Part shown: positions 57,684 to 64,000 of the stretch, in pieces
How the letters are laid out: every line of letters begins with the position of its first letter
Numbering within the stretch: position 1 is the stretch's first letter
Origin: an uncultured Gemmatimonadales bacterium
GTDB taxonomy: Bacteria > Gemmatimonadota > Gemmatimonadetes > Gemmatimonadales > Gemmatimonadaceae
Length of the DNA stretch: 64,000 nt
Direction of reading: 5' to 3'
Assembly (NCBI GenBank): GCA_963851265.1
Contig: CAWKNZ010000005.1
Span: 32,001-96,000 of the forward strand
Notes under the pieces: generated by a model
What the model was told of the DNA's origin: nothing
The model's database searches: none
Seen by the model: only the letters and a program-made list of their open reading frames with translations
Position numbers and translations under genes: made by a program

Positions 57684-57772
57684 CTCCTTGCGCGGACGGC
57701 CCGCGCGCTCGTCGTCGACCTTCGACGTCGCGAGCGCGCGGCCTTTCCGTTTTACCCCCACGCGAGGCAATC

Positions 57773-58186
57773 ATGAGCATCTTCGGAACGATCATGTCGA
57801 AGATCTTCCACCACGACGCGGCGGCACCCGCGGCGCCTGCCGCGCCCGCGGCCGATACGACCACGGCCGACACGGCCGCGGCGCCGGACGCTACGGCGAC
57901 CGCCGGCGCCGCCGACGCCTCGATGCCGGCGGTCGACGTCGAGCAGGTCCTGAGCTCGATCGCGGCGCAGTATCCGCACCCGGTCAACTGGAAGTACTCG
58001 ATCGTCGACCTGCTCGCGATCCTCGGCATCGACAACAGCCTGCCGCAGCGCCGCGCGCTCGCCGCCGAACTCGGATACACCGGCGATACGGACGACACGG
58101 CGACCATGAACATCTGGCTGCACAAGGAGGTCATGCGCAAGCTGGCCGAGAACGGCGGCATGGTGCCGGCCGACCTGATGGGCTGA
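57773..58186 (+). CDS. DUF3597 family protein
   Basis: MSIFGTIMSKIF, NWKYSIVDLL and ELGYTGD..D.A.MNIWLHK.VM.KLAENGG.VP. Confidence 0.88.
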   Translation: MSIFGTIMSKIFHHDAAAPAAPAAPAADTTTADTAAAPDATATAGAADASMPAVDVEQVLSSIAAQYPHPVNWKYSIVDLLAILGIDNSLPQRRALAAELGYTGDTDDTATMNIWLHKEVMRKLAENGGMVPADLMG

Positions 58187-58216
58187 GCGCGTCCGGGGAC
58201 GACCGGTCTAGCTTTC

Positions 58217-58266
58217 GGCGCGGGGGACGCGGCCGCTCTCCGGCGGTCGCGTCCCCCGCGCCTTTC
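58217..58266 (+). terminator. Long hairpin, probable terminator after DUF3597
   Basis: About 20-bp stem GGCGCGGGGGACGCGGCCGC/GCGGTCGCGTCCCCCGCGCC followed by TTTC. Confidence 0.55.
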
Positions 58267-58292
58267 GCACGTCCACGCACCGCACCCGTATC

Positions 58293-58652
58293 ATGCCTAA
58301 CCTGACGTCCTTTCTCGGAATCCTGCTGATCGTGCTCGGCGGCTGGGGCTACACCCAGTCGGCCACGCGCAGCCCCATGGCGCTCATCCCGTCCGTGCTC
58401 GGCGTGCTCTTCCTCGCGTTCGGCATCGCGGCCGGGCGCGACGAGTGGCGCAAGCACGCGATGCACGGCGCGGCCGCGCTCGCACTGCTCGGGATCGTGG
58501 CCGGTATCGGGCCGGCGCTGATGATGCCCAACGCACCGCCGATGATGCGCCGCGAGACCGGGGCGATGAGCCTTCTGTGCGCGGTGTTCCTCGTCTTCGC
58601 CGTGCGCTCGTTCATCGCGGCGCGACGCGCGCGGACCGCCGGCATCGCGTAG
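58293..58652 (+). CDS. Small hypothetical membrane protein
   Basis: Four TM segments, with S..ALIP, RKHAMH and RSFIAARR motifs. Confidence 0.7.
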   Translation: MPNLTSFLGILLIVLGGWGYTQSATRSPMALIPSVLGVLFLAFGIAAGRDEWRKHAMHGAAALALLGIVAGIGPALMMPNAPPMMRRETGAMSLLCAVFLVFAVRSFIAARRARTAGIA

Positions 58653-58688
58653 TCCGGTTCGCCGGTCGCGCGGTGCGTCGGACGGCGG

Positions 58689-60890
58689 TCAGTTCGGCAG
58701 CGCGAACGCGACGTACGCGTCGCCCGAGGGCGTGCCGAGCTTGCCGCCCCCGGCCGCGATGACGACGTACTGTCGGCCACGAACCGCGTAGGTGCTCGCC
58801 GTCGCGAACCCGGCGGCGGGCAGCCGGGCCTCCCAGAGCAGGCGTCCGGTCGCCTTGTCGAACGCGCGGAATTTCGCGTCCTCGGTCGCGGCGATGAAGA
58901 CGAGCCCGCCCGCGGTGACGATCGGGCCGCCGTACTGCTCCGTGCCCGTCGGCGCGCCGCCCGGGGTCGAGAGCTCCGGGTGCTCGCCGAGCGGGATCCG
59001 CCAGCGGTACGCGCCGGTGTTGAGGTCGACGGCGCTCAGCGTGCCCCAGGGCGGCTTCACGGCGGGGTAGCCGTCCGGGTCCTTCCAGCGCTCGTAGCCG
59101 GCGAACTCGTACGGCGACGCGTTAGGCCGCCGGCGCGACGCGGCCAGCTCCGCCGCGTGCGGCGAGCCGTCGGCCGGCGACGTCGCCGGCGACGCGGCGG
59201 GGGGTGCGTCCCCGCGCACGTACGCGGCGACGGCCTGCCGCTCCGCCGCGGGCAGGCTGGCGAACGACGGCATGAAGCCACGGCCGCGTTCGAGCACCTG
59301 CTGTACCTGCGCGGCCGAGAGTCGCACGGCGACGCCGACCAGCGACGGCACGCGGTCGCCGTCGCCGCGGCGGTCGGGCCGATGGCACCCGGCGCACGCG
59401 GCCGCGTAGACGGCCGGACCGGTGCGCGGTCCGCGTGCGACGCGCGCGAGCGCTGCCGGCCGCATCGCCGCGATCCACGGCACGTCGCTGCCGTTGACGT
59501 AGAGCACGCCCGTCTCGCGGTCGAACGCGGCGCCGCCCCATTCGCCGCCGCCGTCGAAGCCGGGCATGACGATGCTCCCCGCCACGCTCGGCGGCGTGAA
59601 CAGGCCGCCGGGGCGGAGCGCGCGAAACCGGCGCAGCACGGCCGCGTGCGCGGCGGGCGTGCGGTCCGTGAGGTCGGCCTCCGTGACGGACTGCCGCGTG
59701 AAAGGCGCGGGCAGGAGCGGGAACGGCTGCGTGGGCCACGCCCGCTCGCCGCGCAGGTCCGACGCGGGCACGGCGCGCTCCCGGACCGGGAACAGCGGGC
59801 GGCCCGTGATGCGGTCGAGTAAGAAGATGAAGCCGGTCTTCGTGATCTGCGCGACCGCGTCGACGGCGTGGCCGTCGCGCGAGACGGTGACGAGGTTGGG
59901 GGCCGCGGGCAGGTCGCGGTCCCAGAGGTCGTGGTGTACGGACTGGAAGTGCCAGCGCCGCTCGCCAGTCGCGGCGTCGAGCGCGAGGAGCGTGTTGGCA
60001 TAGAGGTCGGCGCCGGTGCGCGCGCCGCCGTAGAAGTCCGGCGTGGCCGAGCCGGTGGGGACGTAGACGAGTCCGCGCGGCACGTCGACGGCCATCCCGG
60101 CCCACGAGTTCGCACCGCCCGCGCGCGTACCCGCGCCCGCGGGCCAGGTCCCCGCGCCCGGCTCGCCGGGCTGCGGAAGCGTGTGAAACGTCCAGCGGAT
60201 CTTCCCCGTGCGCACGTCGTACGCACGCACGTGGCCCGGCGCGGAGCCCTCGCCCTCGCCGACGCGGGTGCCCTGGATGAGGAGGTCGCGGTAGATCACC
60301 CCGGGGCTCGTGGCGAGGAGCTGCGCGCCGGTGACGTCGCGGCCGAGCCCCACGGCGAGGTCCACCGAGCCCGAATCGCCGAACGTCGGGATGGCACGGC
60401 CCGTCGCGGCGTCGAGGGCATAGAGGCGGCGGCCGGCGGTGACGAGAATGCGGCGGTCGTCCCCGTCGGCCCAGTAGACGACGCCGCGGTTGACGTGCGA
60501 CTCGCGGGTGCGGCCGGCGAACGGGTCGAAGCGCCAGAGCGGCGTGCCGCTGTCGGCGCGGAGCGCGACGACGGCGAGGGCCGGCGTGGTCGTGTAGAGC
60601 ACGCCGTCGACGACGACGGGCGTGGCCTGGATCTCGGAGCGGCCGCCGGGCGGGGCGTCGCCGGTGTGGTAGACCCAGGCGACCTGCAGGTGCCTAACGT
60701 TGTCGCGCGTGATCTGGGCGAGCGGCGAGTAGCGCGTGTTGGCCGGGGTGCCCCCGGTGACCGGCCAGTCGTCGGGCGGGGCGGGCGGGGTGGCGCCGCC
60801 GCGGGCGCAGGCGGCCGCGAACGCCGCGGCGACGGTCGCCGCGCGCGCGGCGCGACCGCGGTGGTCGAGGCGCGTGCCGTGTGGGCGCAT
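58689..60890 (-). CDS. PQQ-dependent (glucose/quinate/shikimate-type) dehydrogenase with an inserted c-type cytochrome domain
   Basis: RYSPLAQIT, QATP, NRGV, HHDLWDRD, GGGEWGG, PPWGTL and GGPIVTAGGLVF. Heme motif CAGCH and an N-terminal lipobox-like AAAC. Confidence 0.88.
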   Translation of the reverse strand: MRPHGTRLDHRGRAARAATVAAAFAAACARGGATPPAPPDDWPVTGGTPANTRYSPLAQITRDNVRHLQVAWVYHTGDAPPGGRSEIQATPVVVDGVLYTTTPALAVVALRADSGTPLWRFDPFAGRTRESHVNRGVVYWADGDDRRILVTAGRRLYALDAATGRAIPTFGDSGSVDLAVGLGRDVTGAQLLATSPGVIYRDLLIQGTRVGEGEGSAPGHVRAYDVRTGKIRWTFHTLPQPGEPGAGTWPAGAGTRAGGANSWAGMAVDVPRGLVYVPTGSATPDFYGGARTGADLYANTLLALDAATGERRWHFQSVHHDLWDRDLPAAPNLVTVSRDGHAVDAVAQITKTGFIFLLDRITGRPLFPVRERAVPASDLRGERAWPTQPFPLLPAPFTRQSVTEADLTDRTPAAHAAVLRRFRALRPGGLFTPPSVAGSIVMPGFDGGGEWGGAAFDRETGVLYVNGSDVPWIAAMRPAALARVARGPRTGPAVYAAACAGCHRPDRRGDGDRVPSLVGVAVRLSAAQVQQVLERGRGFMPSFASLPAAERQAVAAYVRGDAPPAASPATSPADGSPHAAELAASRRRPNASPYEFAGYERWKDPDGYPAVKPPWGTLSAVDLNTGAYRWRIPLGEHPELSTPGGAPTGTEQYGGPIVTAGGLVFIAATEDAKFRAFDKATGRLLWEARLPAAGFATASTYAVRGRQYVVIAAGGGKLGTPSGDAYVAFALPN

Positions 60891-60989
60891 GCGGGGGCGG
60901 GTGGGCGACGTCGTGCGTGTCGGGAGGCGCGGCGCGGAGGCGGGAGCGGCGGGGCGGGTGAAGCATGGCATGCGTGCTGCCGCGTGAAC

Positions 60990-61031
60990 AGTGGACGCGG
61001 TCGAGTGGACGCGGTCGAGTGGACGCGGTCG
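60990..61031. repeat. 14-bp tandem repeat x3 (AGTGGACGCGGTCG)
   Basis: Three exact adjacent copies in the divergent intergenic region. Confidence 0.9.
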
Positions 61032-61163
61032 CCGCGTCCCGCCGTGCACTCGCCGGCTCGCGGTCGTGCCGTCCGGTTCGTAGCTTCTGCGGTGACCGCA
61101 GACCGTTCCCCCGCCGGCCGGGCGAGGGCGCGCGCCGTCCGAGGAACCTGGAGCGTGGTGCGC

Positions 61164-62387
61164 ATGGGCGTCGGTCCGACACCGGGGGCGGGGGCGACCG
61201 GGCGCCGCCTAACGATTGCGGTCCGTTCGGCGCTGCTCGCGCCGGCGCTCGCCGCCGCGCACGGCGCCGCCCGCGCGCAGGCGCCCCCGGCGCGCGACGC
61301 CGACTGGACCTTCGGCCCGTTCGTCAAACCGGCCGCGGGCAATCCGGTGATCGTGCCGGCCAGCGGGGCCAGCTTTCGCTCGCCGATGGGCGACAGCGTG
61401 GTGCGCTGGGAGGCGTACGCGACGTTCAACCCCGCCGCGGTCGTGCGCGCAGGCCGGATTCACGTGCTGTACCGCGCCGAGGACTCGAGCGCGGCCGCGA
61501 CGATCGGCGGCCAGACCTCGCGCCTTGGGCTGGCCGAGAGCGCCGACGGGGTGCACTTCACGCGGCGGCCCGCGCCCGTGCTCTACCCCGACAAGGACGC
61601 GCAGGCGCGCTACGAGTGGACCGGCGGGGTCGAGGACCCGCGCGTCGTCGAGCGCGACGACGGGACGTACGTGCTCACCTACACGCAGTGGAACCGCGAC
61701 GTGCCGCGCCTCGCGGTCGCCACCTCGCGCGACCTCGTGGCGTGGACCAAGCACGGCCCCGCGCTGGCCGTCGCCGCCGGCGGCAAGTACCGCAACCTCG
61801 AGTCGAAATCCGGCGCGATCCTCTGCCGCGTGGTGGGCGATTCGGCGCGCGGCGAGCGCCTCGTCGCGGCGCGCGTCAACGGCAGGTACTGGATGTATTT
61901 CAACGTCCCCGCCGTCATGATCGCCACCTCGGACGACCTGATCGACTGGACCGTGGTCGAGAACGCGGACGGGCGGCCGCTCGCGGTGCTCTCGCCCCGC
62001 CCCGGCTACTTCGACTCGTGGCTCGTCGAGGGCGGGCCGCCGGCGGTGCTCACCGCGCGCGGGATCGTGATGCTCTACAACGCCGGCAACGACCGGCGCT
62101 ACGGGGATTCTACACTGCCTAACCACGCCTACACCGGCGGGCAGGCGCTCTTCGATGCGCGCAACCCGATCCGCCTACTCGCGCGCACGGACGCCCCGTT
62201 CATCCGTCCCACGGAGCCGTACGAGACGAGCGGGCAGTATGCGGAAGGGACGACCTTCGTCGAGGGGCTCGTGCCGTTCCGCGGGCGCTGGTACCTCTAC
62301 TACGGCACCGCGGACTCGCGGGTCGGCGTGGCGGTATGGGATCCGCGGGCCTCGCGCCCGCGGGCGGCGGGCCAGGCGACGCCGTGA
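61164..62387 (+). CDS. Glycoside hydrolase family 130 protein, secreted
   Basis: Signal peptide (..ARAQ), FNPAA, LYRAED, SRLGLAES.DG, VEDPRV, FVEGLV and LYYGTADS. Confidence 0.88.
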   Translation: MGVGPTPGAGATGRRLTIAVRSALLAPALAAAHGAARAQAPPARDADWTFGPFVKPAAGNPVIVPASGASFRSPMGDSVVRWEAYATFNPAAVVRAGRIHVLYRAEDSSAAATIGGQTSRLGLAESADGVHFTRRPAPVLYPDKDAQARYEWTGGVEDPRVVERDDGTYVLTYTQWNRDVPRLAVATSRDLVAWTKHGPALAVAAGGKYRNLESKSGAILCRVVGDSARGERLVAARVNGRYWMYFNVPAVMIATSDDLIDWTVVENADGRPLAVLSPRPGYFDSWLVEGGPPAVLTARGIVMLYNAGNDRRYGDSTLPNHAYTGGQALFDARNPIRLLARTDAPFIRPTEPYETSGQYAEGTTFVEGLVPFRGRWYLYYGTADSRVGVAVWDPRASRPRAAGQATP

Positions 62388-63259
62388 CCGCGGGCTTCGA
62401 AGCCGCCGCCGACGCGGTCGTCGCGGGCGACCTCGCCGCGCTCGCGCCGCTGCTGCGCGCCGACCCGTCCCTCGTCCGCGCCCGCTCGGCCCGCGCGCAC
62501 CGCGCGACGCTCCTCCACTACGTCGCGGCCAACGGCGTCGAGGACGCGCGTCAGCGCACGCCGCCCAACGCCGTCGACGTCGCGCGGGCGCTGCTCGACG
62601 CCGGGTCGGCGGTCGACGCAGCCGCGGAGACGTACGGCGGGGGGACGGGACAGACCACGCTCAACCTCCTCGTGTCGAGCGTGCACCCGGCCCGCGCGGG
62701 GCTGCAGGTCGCACTCGTCGACGTGCTGCTGGACGGCGGGGCGCAGGTCGACGGGCCGGCCGGCGACGGCTCGCCGCTGCTCACGGCGCTCGCATTCCAC
62801 TACGCCGACGCGGCCGACGCGCTCGCGCGGCGCGGCGCCCGCCTCGACACCATCTCCGCGGCGGCCGGCCTCGGGCGCGCCGACGTCGTGCGCGCCCTCG
62901 TCGAGAGCCGCGGTCCACACGGAGCGGACGCCGCGCGCGCGCTTACCCTCGCCGCCGCGCTCGGCCACGCCGACGTCGTGGCGTTCCTGGTCGACCGGGG
63001 CGTCGACGTGGGCGCGACCGACGCGCAGGGCTTCACCGCGCTGCACTGGGCCGCCGCGCGGGGGCACGCGCGCGTGGTGGACGTGCTGCTCGACCGCGGC
63101 GCGCCGCTCGACGTGCGCAACGTCTACCGCGGGACGGTCCTTGGCACGACGAGGTGGGCGGCCGCGCACATGGAGGGCACCGCGCGCACCGGCGGGTTCG
63201 AGCCGATCGACCACGGGCCGGTGGTCGATCGGCTCGTCGCCGCGGGCGCGCAGGCCTGA
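62384..63259 (+). CDS. Ankyrin repeat protein
   Basis: TLLHYVA.NGVE, SPLLTAL and GFTALHWAAARGH..VV.VLL..GA. GTGA overlap with GH130. Confidence 0.85.
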   Translation: MTAGFEAAADAVVAGDLAALAPLLRADPSLVRARSARAHRATLLHYVAANGVEDARQRTPPNAVDVARALLDAGSAVDAAAETYGGGTGQTTLNLLVSSVHPARAGLQVALVDVLLDGGAQVDGPAGDGSPLLTALAFHYADAADALARRGARLDTISAAAGLGRADVVRALVESRGPHGADAARALTLAAALGHADVVAFLVDRGVDVGATDAQGFTALHWAAARGHARVVDVLLDRGAPLDVRNVYRGTVLGTTRWAAAHMEGTARTGGFEPIDHGPVVDRLVAAGAQA

Positions 63260-63313
63260 GCGCCCGCGGCAGCGCAGGCCTAACGTGCGCCGCGGCCGCG
63301 GTCGCGGCCCGCG

Positions 63314-64000
63314 TCAGCGCGCCGCGGCGGTGTTGCTCACGAAGGCGATCCGCTTCGAGTCCGGCGACCACGACGGCACGTTGATCGTCCCCTGGCCGCC
63401 GTAGACGTAGGCGAGCACGCGCGGCGCCCCGCCGTCGGCCGGCATCACCCGGATGTACACGTGCTTGTACCACGGGTGGTCGCCGGGCGGGATGTCGGGC
63501 GGGAACGAGATGAACACCACCGACCGGCCGTCGGGCGACACGTGCGGGAACCAGTTGTTGTACTCGTCGTGGGTCAGCTGCTCGGGCGCCGAGCCGTCGG
63601 GACGCATGCGCCAGACCTGCATCTTCCCGCTGCGGACGGAGTTGAAGTAGATCCACTTGCCGTCGGGCGAGTATTCGGGGCCGTCGTCGAGGCCGGGCGT
63701 GTTGGTGAGGCGCACCTCGTCGCCGCCCCCGACCGGGATGCGGTAGATGTCGAACTCGCCGCCGCGCTCGCCGGTGAAGACGAGGTACTTGCCGTCGGGC
63801 GACCAGCCGTGCAGGTACGACGGGCCCCGCTTGGTCACCCGCGTGGGCGTTCCGCCGCCGACGGGTACGGTGAACACGTTCGACCGGTTGCTGTCGGACG
63901 CGAGCCCGCTGCTGATGCCGAGCATGCGCCCGTCGAACGAGAGGACGTGGTCGTTGTTGCTGTTGGTGACCGTCCCGGTCTCGATCACGGCGGGCGTGCG
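63314..64000 (-). CDS. TolB-like (PD40 repeat) beta-propeller protein, 5' part beyond the window
   Basis: Repeated WSPDG/YSPDG/VSPDG motifs, NNDHVLS and [14 protein letters not shown]. Confidence 0.85.
   Translation of the reverse strand, partial: RTPAVIETGTVTNSNNDHVLSFDGRMLGISSGLASDSNRSNVFTVPVGGGTPTRVTKRGPSYLHGWSPDGKYLVFTGERGGEFDIYRIPVGGGDEVRLTNTPGLDDGPEYSPDGKWIYFNSVRSGKMQVWRMRPDGSAPEQLTHDEYNNWFPHVSPDGRSVVFISFPPDIPPGDHPWYKHVYIRVMPADGGAPRVLAYVYGGQGTINVPSWSPDSKRIAFVSNTAAAR

Overview
A very GC-rich (about 75% by eye) bacterial chromosome segment. Gene content and order suggest Gemmatimonadota (inference). It is mostly housekeeping. In order: end of a type IV pilus operon (pilO-pilP-pilQ plus a large lipoprotein), an in-frame aroC-aroK fusion, smg-topA-trmFO-xerC-hslVU-argF, bcp, gcvT, a Mog/MoaB protein, a sigma54 activator, MoxR, an F0+delta-only ATP synthase operon, gnd-zwf-pgl, oligopeptidase B, a GGDEF-EAL sensor, cstA, icd, glutaryl-CoA dehydrogenase, a DUF3142 gene pair, etfBA, a PQQ/cytochrome c dehydrogenase, GH130, ankyrin and TolB-like genes. 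I saw no rRNA, tRNA, CRISPR array or IS element. The most striking unexplained signal is a dispersed asymmetric heptamer, GTTAGGC/GCCTAAC (usually CGTTAGGC). A manual scan found 31 copies in both orientations: inside genes via otherwise rare codons, over stop codons and in short spacers. It is a candidate uptake sequence, HIP1-like motif or methylation site. Other notable items are two near-perfect Rex-type operators (before atp and etfBA), leaderless-promoter signatures, a cstA-ybdD pair split by about 4.7 kb of extra genes, and several short tandem triplications. All counts are by eye and need computational confirmation.
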